Origin: a virus
Lineage: Duplodnaviria; Caudoviricetes
Length of the DNA: 53,185 nucleotides
Virus record (IMG/VR): IMGVR_UViG_3300046740_000679
Span: 1-53,185 of that record
Strand: one strand, 5' to 3'
Position 1 is the stretch's first letter. Each line of letters begins with the position of its first letter. This document shows positions 1 to 7,838 of this stretch, piece after piece. Position numbers and translations under genes: made by a program. The notes beneath the pieces were generated by a model that was not told the DNA's origin, searched no databases, and saw only the letters and a program-made list of their open reading frames with translations.

Positions 1-127
1 GAAGCGAGGCTATCGAGGCGGCCAGCGAGTCGCTGTTCGGCCTGAGAGAGCTCGTCCAAGGTGTCATCCGGTGTATCGGCCCCGGAGTAGTGAAGCTTCC
101 GGTCGGCCAGGGTGCGCACCCGGTCGC
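1..127. repeat. Terminal direct repeat (copy 1), identical to 53059-53185; assembly overlap indicating a circular or complete genome
   Basis: The first 127 nt match the last 127 nt exactly; 127 is a common assembler k-mer; terS reads through the junction. Confidence 0.95.
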
Positions 128-518
128 TCGCCTTCAGCGCGAGATCGGCGAAGGCGTCGGCTACGAGGAGCGCGGCGCGAAGGCCTTCGGGGTCCTTCCG
201 GCCGTCGGCCTTGGCGACCTTGTCGAGCGCTTCGCAGGCTTGCGTATGCAGGCGGCTCGCGAGCTTCTCGACGCGGCGCTGCTCACGCGTCAGGCGATCG
301 AGATCGTTGAGGACGGTGGCGGTGAGCTTCTCGCGGACGACGGCCTTCGCGACGTCGGCGCGCTCGACCTTGGTGCGCGAGAGCAGCCGCTGCACGGCCT
401 TGTAGCTCGCCGTTACGCCGTGCGTCTCAAACAACCATTGGGACACGTCGCGGGTCGACGCGCCCGAGGCTGCTTTTTCGAGGATCGCGGGTTCGAGGTT
501 GGGAGGGATGGCGGCCAT
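1..518 (-). CDS. terS: Terminase small subunit, 5' part (continues across the junction to the stop at 52992; about 194 aa)
   Basis: Hand-translated from ATG 518: MAAIPPNLEPAILEKAASGASTRDVSQWLFETHGVTASYKAVQRLL (HTH-like), then a helical region; the 3' end overlaps the terL start. Missed by the ORF track because of the junction. Confidence 0.75.
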   Translation of the reverse strand, partial: MAAIPPNLEPAILEKAASGASTRDVSQWLFETHGVTASYKAVQRLLSRTKVERADVAKAVVREKLTATVLNDLDRLTREQRRVEKLASRLHTQACEALDKVAKADGRKDPEGLRAALLVADAFADLALKASDRVRTLADRKLHYSGADTPDDTLDELSQAEQRLAGRLDSLA

Positions 519-548
519 TGGGACGGGGGCGGACGCCGTGGGACGGGG

Positions 549-794
549 CTATCCGATTGCCTGCCCGACGCGCATCGCGCCGAGCGTGCCGGATCGCTCG
601 GGCGCGACGGCGGCCTTGTTCGCCCACATGAGGGCCTGCTCGAGATTCGTCAGCGCGAGGGCCTTCTCGCGGCTACCGTGGAGCGCGTCGAGCGCCTCGC
701 GGAAGTCCTTCGCCTTCGACCGAAAGACGTCGATGGCGGTCAGCTGGTTCTCGGTCGGCTCGTGGTAGTCGAACGCGTCGAAGGCTTCGGTCAT
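549..794 (-). CDS. Acb2/Tad1-like hairpin-domain protein (candidate anti-defence nucleotide sponge), 81 aa
   Basis: FDYHEPT...FRSKAKDF...SREKALALTNLEQALMWANKA resembles the Tad1 C-terminal motif SRENACALTHVEEALMW and the FxYHxP...SREKSLALTKLEE family. Confidence 0.65.
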   Translation of the reverse strand: MTEAFDAFDYHEPTENQLTAIDVFRSKAKDFREALDALHGSREKALALTNLEQALMWANKAAVAPERSGTLGAMRVGQAIG

Positions 795-873
795 GGTCGT
801 CTCTCGCTTCGCGTGCGGGCAGTCGTCGTTGTAGCAACCGGGCGAGCAACGCATTGGCAGCCCTCGAAGAGTG

Positions 874-1223
874 ACGGTGCCGGTGTGGGGGGCCAGCGTT
901 CCCGTAATCCGTTGCGGCTCGCATCCGAGGCCCCACCGGCCGCGTTTTGGGTATTCCGTGATCGAGACGGGGCGTCCCCTCGTCTCCGTTGGCGTGACGT
1001 TATTCGACGCTGAAAACAGTCCGCACCGCGACGCGTCCGCCCCCGCATCCTTTGCAGGCGCCGGGGACGTCGACATTCACGACGGCTTGGTCGGAGGCGT
1101 CGGCGCGGGCCTCGTTCGCGCGGCCTCGGAGCTCCAACGGGTTCGCGACGTCTGCCCCGCAATCGCGGCAGCTTCCCGTCACGCGCAGTCCGAAGCCGAC
1201 GTCTACGCCCACACCGGCACCGT
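874..1223. repeat. Perfect 16-bp inverted repeat pair (874-889 and 1208-1223)
   Basis: ACGGTGCCGGTGTGGG at 874-889; CCCACACCGGCACCGT at 1208-1223. Confidence 0.9.
1000..1212 (-). CDS. Small zinc-ribbon protein (70 aa), probably leaderless
   Basis: CRDC...CKGC; GTG start 6 nt after an extended -10-like TGcTACGGT (1227-1219). Confidence 0.55.
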   Translation of the reverse strand: MGVDVGFGLRVTGSCRDCGADVANPLELRGRANEARADASDQAVVNVDVPGACKGCGGGRVAVRTVFSVE

Positions 1224-1324
1224 AGCAGGAGGGGCCGCATCGCGCTTCTGCGCGCGGGCCCTTACGGTGACCTGTTGAGAACGCCCCAAGGTGGAACATC
1301 GTGGAACACGCAAAGCGCAGCGCC

Positions 1325-1720
1325 TCACGCGATGAGCCGCAATTGTGAGCACTTTTTCGTGAGGTACCGAACCTCGTTTCGCGTCGTCCCGATCTCGCGC
1401 GCGAGTACTTCGTCCGCCTGCGTGAGCCCGTCGAGCCGGTCCTCGAGCTTCTCGACGCGATCGCTGAGCTCTTCGAGCTTGTCGGTGAAGAGCCCCGGCC
1501 ACGCGAGCTTGAGCGCGCGGAGGCCGACGAGGAAGCGCGGCTTTGGTCCCGCGCTGACGTTCTGAAGGAGACCGCCACCGGCATCGGCGTCGAGCTTCTT
1601 GAGGCGGCGCCACATGCGCTTGCGATGCCACTTCGCGAGCCGCGCGACGTAGCCGAGCGTGACGAGCTCGTCGACGTCCGCCGCGAGTGAGCGCGCCGCG
1701 GGAGGAGTGGGCGCTTTCAT
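1325..1720 (-). CDS. Hypothetical protein, HTH-like N-terminus plus coiled coil (possible late regulator)
   Basis: ATG overlaps the upstream stop (ATGA); VTLGYVARLAKWHRKRMWRRL; heptads LEELSDRVEKLEDRLDGL. Confidence 0.55.
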   Translation of the reverse strand: MKAPTPPAARSLAADVDELVTLGYVARLAKWHRKRMWRRLKKLDADAGGGLLQNVSAGPKPRFLVGLRALKLAWPGLFTDKLEELSDRVEKLEDRLDGLTQADEVLAREIGTTRNEVRYLTKKCSQLRLIA

Positions 1721-2487
1721 CCTGCCCCCCGCGAAAGCATCGTGAGCCGATCGAGCTGCGCTTCGAGGTTGGCGCGTCGCTGGCGTCGCTTCTCGTCGGC
1801 GAGCGGGCCGTACTGCCAATCGAGCCGCTGTTGCCGCACGTCCTCGTAGGCGCGCAGGGCTTTGACGAGACGACGATCGGCGGCGTGCGCGACGCGCGTG
1901 AACCACTTCGGGAGCCACACCATCCAGCGGGCGTCGTCGGCGTCCTTCTGCTCGCCGGACATGTTCGAGCGCTTCGCGTCCCATCGCTCGAACGCGGCTA
2001 CGGCGATCTTCTCGAGAAAGCCCAGAAGAGCGTCGGTGGTCGGTTCGGGCGCTGCCTCAACGTCGAACGCTTCGTCGGCGCGCGCAAGAGACGTGACGTA
2101 CTGATCGGCGACATCGGGGACTTCGAGCGCGAGCCCTAGCAGGCCAACATTGCTCCCTTCGCGGCGGAACGCTTGCCAAAGCCGCGATGAGCCGAAGGGC
2201 GTCTCGTATGCATAACTGCGATGCTCGAAACCGAGACCGATGGTGTAACGCGACGGCGTGTCGATCATACCGAGTGTCAGTTCGACCATGCGCACGTTCT
2301 CGATCGATTCCGAATGCGATTGCTGAAGGCGCGCGAGGTGAAGCCGTGCGACTGCCGCATCGTCCCAGCCCCCTGCGCCTCCACCGTTCCTCATGTCTTG
2401 GGCGCGCACGCCAAGCCCGCTAATGAAGTATTCCGCGAGCTCGCACTCGGCGTGCGCGAGCGGGTTCATCTCTACGACGTTCGACAT
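1717..2487 (-). CDS. Hypothetical protein at the position usually held by a late-gene regulator or antiterminator
   Basis: 256-aa ORF with GGAG RBS; function inferred from position only. Confidence 0.55.
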   Translation of the reverse strand: MSNVVEMNPLAHAECELAEYFISGLGVRAQDMRNGGGAGGWDDAAVARLHLARLQQSHSESIENVRMVELTLGMIDTPSRYTIGLGFEHRSYAYETPFGSSRLWQAFRREGSNVGLLGLALEVPDVADQYVTSLARADEAFDVEAAPEPTTDALLGFLEKIAVAAFERWDAKRSNMSGEQKDADDARWMVWLPKWFTRVAHAADRRLVKALRAYEDVRQQRLDWQYGPLADEKRRQRRANLEAQLDRLTMLSRGAG

Positions 2488-2535
2488 GTTCGTTTCTCCC
2501 GAGAGCGCGGCCCGCGCGCCCTGCACGTCCGTTGG

Positions 2536-2727
2536 TCAACCCTCGAAGCTCGAACCCGATCGCCGTGCGACGACGCGTCGCCGGCCATTGTTGCACCTTG
2601 CATGTATTGGCGTGCCCGTGCACGTCTCATCCTCGCGACGCGCGTCGGGCGAGAGCGCTCCGCGCAGGCGCGCACACTCTTGCTGGTCGCGCATTACCTG
2701 AGCGCGGATGTCGGCGGGCCAGGTCAT
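2536..2727 (-). CDS. Hypothetical protein (63 aa)
   Basis: ATGA coupling to the upstream gene. Confidence 0.35.
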   Translation of the reverse strand: MTWPADIRAQVMRDQQECARLRGALSPDARREDETCTGTPIHARCNNGRRRVVARRSGSSFEG

Positions 2728-3701
2728 TGGCTCTTCGGCCCGACGGAGTACGGCCGCGCAAGGATCGGCGCGCCTTCGGGACCGCGCCAGTACGGCTCAA
2801 TCCAGACGACCTTTCGTCCCGCCCGCCCGATGCCAACGACTTGCCGCTTTATATGTCCACGCACCAGCGTTTGCACCGATGGAGCCGATCGATCGCCGGA
2901 GCGCGCGTCCGTGCGGACCGCTTCGGTGACATCTATCGAGAGGGGCCTCCCGATTACAATCGAACGATGCGGCGGGGGCTCCTTGCGAAGTTGCTTCCCC
3001 GCTTTGCTGAATGCCGATCCGTGAGTCCAGTGGGTCGTATGCTGCATCGTGTAGAGCAGTCCAACGACAGCGCGTTTGACCAGTTCGCGTATTCGCGTGT
3101 CAGACGCACACTCGCCCTTGTCGTCGGCCGTCTTCGCCATCGATTCTAGATCTTTGGAATGATCGCGCGTGCCCGCGAAGAGCAATGCGCTCAGTCCCAT
3201 GGGCTCGTAGCTCCACAGGGCCGTCGCGTTGCTGTCGTCCGCAGGGGAGATCGCGATCCACGCGCCATTCGTCAGTGGCGGATGCCCGGGTCGACGATCT
3301 GGTACTCCGTCGAACTGGCCCAACATCGCAAAGCCGTACTCGGTGCCGTCTTCTCCAATAAGCAATCCCGGCGGAAGGCGCACCGCGAAAGCCGGCCAAG
3401 GCACGCGCAAATCATCTGAGGCGTCGGCGCTGAGTTTGGTCTGCGCCATTGCAGCGAAGTATTTTGCGTCGGCCTCGATAATCCTGCATCCGCCGTCGAC
3501 CCACTTGGCAGCCCAGAGCAAGCCCTTTTGAACGTCGGTGCGGACGATCGGCGCACCGCCATTGGTATGCGCCATCGCATCGCCTTTCGCGATCAGGTCC
3601 AACGTAATCTTCTCGAGCGCGGCGAAGTCCGACTTCGAATACCGATATGTCTCATTCCAGAGCTGGGCCCCGGAGGCATGATTCAGCGCCTCGATCTTCA
3701 T
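2724..3701 (-). CDS. Conserved phage hypothetical protein (VRGH-x-KRQ...WIEPYWRG C-terminal motif)
   Basis: 325-aa ORF coupled to the rusA stop; I recognise the C-terminal motif from uncharacterised phage proteins. Confidence 0.7.
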   Translation of the reverse strand: MKIEALNHASGAQLWNETYRYSKSDFAALEKITLDLIAKGDAMAHTNGGAPIVRTDVQKGLLWAAKWVDGGCRIIEADAKYFAAMAQTKLSADASDDLRVPWPAFAVRLPPGLLIGEDGTEYGFAMLGQFDGVPDRRPGHPPLTNGAWIAISPADDSNATALWSYEPMGLSALLFAGTRDHSKDLESMAKTADDKGECASDTRIRELVKRAVVGLLYTMQHTTHWTHGSAFSKAGKQLRKEPPPHRSIVIGRPLSIDVTEAVRTDARSGDRSAPSVQTLVRGHIKRQVVGIGRAGRKVVWIEPYWRGPEGAPILARPYSVGPKSQ

Positions 3702-4187
3702 CGCGTCCTCGTCGGCTTCACATCCCACTTCCCAGTCGCCATCAGCTTCTTCACGTCGCCCGTAACGCGCCCGATCTCGATCGGCGCAGGCAACGCAGCT
3801 TCGATCTCCCTCACCTCAACTTCGACGCGCGGCCTCTCCCGATCGACGGCGCCGTACACGAGCAGCGCGTCGATCTGCGAGTCGTCTCGAAAGACGGCGC
3901 CGTTCATGGCGTCCTCGATCGCCTTCGCGATGTTCGAGAGATCGCGCGCTCGCTTGTCGTGCCAGAAGACGTGGAGCGTCAGCGCGTAGCGCGCCGTCGG
4001 CGTCGTCTTCCATCGCTGCGCGTTCATCGCCGTATTCGCGAACCACTGCACGCGATCGCGATACGCCGAAGAGCGGCCAGGCGTCCGGCCGCGGGGTGAC
4101 CCGCTTGCCGTTCGCGAGCACGCGCGTTTCGACGCGTGCACGCTCGAGCGGGACGGGCGGCCCTTGGACGATGAAGAAGAGCCTCAT
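3698..4187 (-). pseudogene. rusA: RusA-family Holliday junction resolvase with a 1-nt frameshift near 4093-4096
   Basis: N-terminus MRLFFIVQGPPVPLERAR is in one frame; catalytic half RDLSNIAKAIEDAMNGAVFRDDSQI is in another; the span is 490 nt (3n+1). Confidence 0.8.
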
Positions 4188-4390
4188 CGCTTCACCGCTC
4201 GAATGCGGCACCGGCCGCAGGCGCACGCGCGCGGGTGAAGGCGACGGCAGATCGTGCAGAGGTGATCGTTGATACGGAATGCCGTCCACCGACACATGAA
4301 CGGGGCCATCAGGTGCACGCACGCTGGCATGCCGTCTTCGCGAATGAAGTGCGCCGCCCCTTTGGCCGGGAGCTTTGACATCCACGTCAC
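4184..4390 (-). CDS. Small Cys-rich hypothetical protein
   Basis: GTGA/ATGA coupling; CTIC...CACGRC. Confidence 0.5.
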   Translation of the reverse strand: MTWMSKLPAKGAAHFIREDGMPACVHLMAPFMCRWTAFRINDHLCTICRRLHPRACACGRCRIRAVKR

Positions 4391-4500
4391 GATCCAAACT
4401 CCCGGCGCGCCTTCAGCCGCCACGTGATGCCTTCGAGCCAAAGCGCGCGGATGACCGCCTCGTGAAGCCAGAGTGCGGCGAGCCCTCGAACGCCGGTCAC
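4387..4500 (-). CDS. Very small hypothetical protein (37 aa)
   Basis: GTGA overlaps at both ends fill the operon gap. Confidence 0.4.
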   Translation of the reverse strand: MTGVRGLAALWLHEAVIRALWLEGITWRLKARREFGS

Positions 4501-4664
4501 GCGACCCTCGCGATCATTCGAACGACGATCTTCGCGTGCACGTCGACGGGAAAGATCCCGTGCCTCGCCCAACGCTGACGCGCGATCAGGCGCGCATCGA
4601 TCTCGTCGACGGCTTCGACGAAGATCCGCTCACCGCTCGACGCGCGCACTTGGTAGCGGCTCAC
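4497..4664 (-). CDS. Small hypothetical protein (55 aa)
   Basis: GTGA coupling; MSRYQVRASSGERIFVEAVDEIDAR. Confidence 0.5.
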   Translation of the reverse strand: MSRYQVRASSGERIFVEAVDEIDARLIARQRWARHGIFPVDVHAKIVVRMIARVA

Positions 4665-4978
4665 GCGCTCTTCTCCATCGGCATCTCGGCGTTCAGCTCG
4701 ACCTGACGCAAAGCAATGCCGCGCATCACCGTCGCGTGGTCTCGTTCGAAGATGCGCCCGATCTCCGGAAAGCTGATCGGATGCATCGAGTCGTGGACGA
4801 CGTTCCAAAGCTCGTAGCGCGCGGCCGTCGCGAGCGGGCAGTGCGTGCGACTCAGGAGATCGCGAATCAGCACGCGACGGCGCGTGGCGACGCCGCTCAT
4901 CAGATCGAGCAAGCCGAGCTCGGCGACGTTCCGAAGAACACGTTCGATGGATGCGTCGTCGTAGCGGGTTCGGATCAT
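4661..4978 (-). CDS. Stand-alone DnaA C-terminal (domain IV) HTH protein
   Basis: AR...SFPEIGRIFERDHATVMRGI matches the DnaA signature SLPEIG..F.RDHTTV. Confidence 0.8.
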   Translation of the reverse strand: MIRTRYDDASIERVLRNVAELGLLDLMSGVATRRRVLIRDLLSRTHCPLATAARYELWNVVHDSMHPISFPEIGRIFERDHATVMRGIALRQVELNAEMPMEKSA

Positions 4979-5286
4979 GCTCGCCTCGCTTTCTTCGGTC
5001 GTGTGTCCGTTTGGAATTCCTGCACGCGTTGCTGCGCGCGCCGCCGTTCGTTCTCCTTGCAGCGGTCGCAGCGCGTCTCGCCGGGCTTCGCGGTCGCGTT
5101 GCAGAAGACCTTCGCGCCGGCGATGAAGAACACGCCGCCGCAGAACGACGGCCGACCCACGAACGCGGGCTTCGGGAGCGGGAGCGGCTTCGTCGTGCCG
5201 ACGTTCTCAGCCGCGCACGCGTTGCACGGGCACGTGCACTCTCCGGGGGTGAAGAGGCACACGCAGTCTTCGCGATCGCAGCTCAC
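4975..5286 (-). CDS. Cys-rich hypothetical protein
   Basis: Multiple CxC/CxxC motifs; coupled to its neighbours. Confidence 0.55.
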   Translation of the reverse strand: MSCDREDCVCLFTPGECTCPCNACAAENVGTTKPLPLPKPAFVGRPSFCGGVFFIAGAKVFCNATAKPGETRCDRCKENERRRAQQRVQEFQTDTRPKKARRA

Positions 5287-6305
5287 GACGAGACCGCCTT
5301 CGGCGCGAAGATGTTCGCGACGCTCGCGAGCGCGGCTGCGCGCTCCTCGGCGGTGAGCGGCTTCTCGCGCGGCGGAAGCTTCGCCTCGGCGTGGTACGGG
5401 CGCACCGCATCGGCGTCCGCACGCTCTTCACGCGTCGACTCGGGTGTGCGGCATCCGGAGTCGAGCCAGTCGACGAACTTGAACACGTTCCGGGTGCGCT
5501 CGCGGTGCGCGACGCCGAAGGCCTTCGCCTTGGCGCGCGTCCACGTCGCCCGAGCACGCTGCTCGTCCGGCCCGCCGCGGGGGGGGCCGTGCGTGTCGAT
5601 CGCGTCGAGCAACGTTCGGAAGGTGCCTTTGCGGGGCACGGTGGGGCGCACGCCGCAGCCTTCGAACATGCCAGCGGCCCACTGGTCCGCGAGCTCGTAG
5701 TCGCCCATGGGATCGGGCGGTGACGACGTGCGCGCGACGGGGGCGAGCTCGTGGATTCCGGACGGCTTGTCCGTCACCTCGTCGGGGCCCTCTCCCCTTT
5801 CTGATCTGATCTGATCTGATCTAGAAGTGACAGATAGCGTGACGTCGCGTGACGAAGGGTCGGGGGTCTCGTCACGCCTATTGTCACGTTTCGTGACCGA
5901 TGGCGTGACGTCGGGCGTGACAGGTAGCGTGACGGGAATCGCCTCTTCCTTCGCCTCGAGGAGCGCGCGGGCCGTCTCGCGTGACTTCCGCTGGCGCGCC
6001 GGATCGGACGCGCTCGCGCTCTGCATCTCGATGTGGTTCGGGATGAGCAGCGCCCCCTTCTCGGGGAGGAAACGCACCCGCCCGTCGTCGATGAGCTCCT
6101 GAAGGGGAGCTGCGATCTTGTCCCAATCCGCGCGCACGGCGACGGCGACGCCGCGCAGGCCGTTCTTCCCGACGCGAAGGATTCCGGCGCGATCGACGTA
6201 GCGCGCGAGGTAGACGCAGAGCGTTCGCGCTTCGTACGACAGACCGAGGAAGTCGATCGTGTCGCGCGTGTAGACCTTGATGAAGGGCTCGTCTTCGTAG
6301 CGCAT
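5283..6305 (-). CDS. Phage replication initiator (lambda O-like organisation)
   Basis: wHTH-like N-terminus, S..ARQRKSR motif, iteron-encoded VT repeats and an RSDQIRSE linker typical of phage initiators. Confidence 0.75.
   Translation of the reverse strand: MRYEDEPFIKVYTRDTIDFLGLSYEARTLCVYLARYVDRAGILRVGKNGLRGVAVAVRADWDKIAAPLQELIDDGRVRFLPEKGALLIPNHIEMQSASASDPARQRKSRETARALLEAKEEAIPVTLPVTPDVTPSVTKRDNRRDETPDPSSRDVTLSVTSRSDQIRSERGEGPDEVTDKPSGIHELAPVARTSSPPDPMGDYELADQWAAGMFEGCGVRPTVPRKGTFRTLLDAIDTHGPPRGGPDEQRARATWTRAKAKAFGVAHRERTRNVFKFVDWLDSGCRTPESTREERADADAVRPYHAEAKLPPREKPLTAEERAAALASVANIFAPKAVSS
5799..5933. repeat. Putative replication origin: GTGAC/GTCAC iterons and tandem TGATC repeats inside the initiator gene
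   Basis: GTGAC at 5827, 5839, 5849, 5893, 5905, 5917 and 5929; GTCAC at 5871 and 5883 (mostly 12-bp period); four CTGAT copies at 5801-5820. Confidence 0.7.
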
Positions 6306-7276
6306 CAGCGATCTCCGGGGCTCACGTCGCGGATCGCCACGACGGATTCAGGGGCGTTGCACGGTTCGAGCTGTAACTTCGGGACGACAGACGCAGGCCA
6401 CTCACGCACGCGGAGGTCGGGCGTCCACTCCGTCCAGTCGCCACCCTTGTGATCGCGAAGCTGAACGAGCCCCTTCGCGTTGCTGCCGGCGATGCCGTCG
6501 CTGTCGACGGCTCGCGCGCCGAGTTGCTTTACAAAGCAAGCGACGTTCGCAGCCTTGCACTGGTTGACGAGGGATCGTGCCCACGCGAGATCGAAAGGTC
6601 GCGCGCCGCCGCCGCTCTCGCCGCCGACAATCACCCAATCGAGGTGGCTCACGCATTGGCGGTGGTCGGCTTCGTCGTCCCGGCCCTCATAGCCCTCGTG
6701 GAAGCACGACCCGTAGTCCGACAACCTGATCTTCACCTCCTCGAGCAGCGGCTCGCACGAGAGGAATCGCACGCGCGCGGGGATCTTGAGCAGCTCTGGA
6801 ATGCGTTCGTCGGCGCGCTTCTGATCTTCGACGGTCGTTCCGAGCCACACGTTCGCGGGCCACTCGTCGTTGCCCCACGCCGATCGCCAAAGACGTAGAA
6901 CGTTCTGCGGGCGCTTCGTCAGTAGGAGCCAGTCGAGCGCCGGCGTGCCTTCGATGACGTTCATCAACCTCCGACGCGAGTCGACGAGATCGGCCCGGTC
7001 CTCGAACACGTCGGCCATCGATGCGCAGAACACGCGACGACGGACGCCTTCCTTCGCGGCCTTTGCATTCCACTTGAAGGGCTTTGCCCAAGTGTCATTG
7101 CCGACGAACTTGCGCTCGGCGTTCACGCCCCAGATCATTGGCAGTCGCTTGCCGTGCCCGACGCGCTTCGAGAACGTCTCGGCGTAGCAATGCTCGCAGC
7201 CCGGGGAGACGCGCGCGCAGCCATGCCAAGGGTTGAACGTGTGATCGGTCCACTCGATCTCGGTCGCCTCACCCAT
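6305..7276 (-). CDS. Gp37/Gp68 (DUF5131) family radical-SAM-like protein
   Basis: IEWTDHTFNPWHGCARVSPGCEHCYAE; VFCASMADVF; LLLTKRP; WLGTTVEDQ; FLSCEPLL; WVIVGGESG. Confidence 0.9.
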   Translation of the reverse strand: MGEATEIEWTDHTFNPWHGCARVSPGCEHCYAETFSKRVGHGKRLPMIWGVNAERKFVGNDTWAKPFKWNAKAAKEGVRRRVFCASMADVFEDRADLVDSRRRLMNVIEGTPALDWLLLTKRPQNVLRLWRSAWGNDEWPANVWLGTTVEDQKRADERIPELLKIPARVRFLSCEPLLEEVKIRLSDYGSCFHEGYEGRDDEADHRQCVSHLDWVIVGGESGGGARPFDLAWARSLVNQCKAANVACFVKQLGARAVDSDGIAGSNAKGLVQLRDHKGGDWTEWTPDLRVREWPASVVPKLQLEPCNAPESVVAIRDVSPGDR

Positions 7277-7838
7277 TCGACACGACCTTTCCAACCGGCG
7301 CGGCCTCACCGCCCGGAAGCTCGTTCCCCCACTGAGACCAGTTCGATCGCGGTGCGCGCGCGAAGAGCTCCGCGTACGGCCCGCCCGCGAGGCGCTCGAC
7401 GATGCGATAGAATTCATCGGGTTTCGCCGAGTGCTCGCCACGCGGCGCGAAGAACACCGAGCGGATGCCGCGATCGCGCACCTTCGGCTTGCCGCGCGTC
7501 GCGATGATGCAGACCTCGTGCGACGCGCGCGTGTAGTGGCCCATGCCCATCGCGAGGCGCAACGGCTCCTCGGGCTTCGGCGCGGCCGTCTTCACCCAAA
7601 CGATCTCACTCTTCGGCGTGAAGCCCCACGCGCTGACGACGTCGAGCGCCGCCGCGGGCATCGAGGCCACGCGCCAGAGGAAGAGCAAGGCGTCGTCCGC
7701 GATGGGCGGCAGCGGGAAGCGCATGATCTCGTGAAGCGAGAGCGTCGCGTAGTGCTTCTCGGCGCCGCGGCCGGGACCGGGAAGCGTGTCGTCGAAGCGC
7801 CACGGCGGATCGGCGCAGAGGACGGGGAAGGGCTTCAT
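7269..7838 (-). CDS. MT-A70 family N6-adenine methyltransferase
   Basis: ADPPW, LFLW, GMGHYTRASHE, HSAKPDEFY, ELFAR. Confidence 0.9.
   Translation of the reverse strand: MKPFPVLCADPPWRFDDTLPGPGRGAEKHYATLSLHEIMRFPLPPIADDALLFLWRVASMPAAALDVVSAWGFTPKSEIVWVKTAAPKPEEPLRLAMGMGHYTRASHEVCIIATRGKPKVRDRGIRSVFFAPRGEHSAKPDEFYRIVERLAGGPYAELFARAPRSNWSQWGNELPGGEAAPVGKVVSNG

Noticed and set aside
1-127. Biological terminal repeat of the virion DNA
   Set aside because: The length equals a standard assembler k-mer and the repeat falls inside terS/terL coding sequence, so it is best explained as a circular overlap
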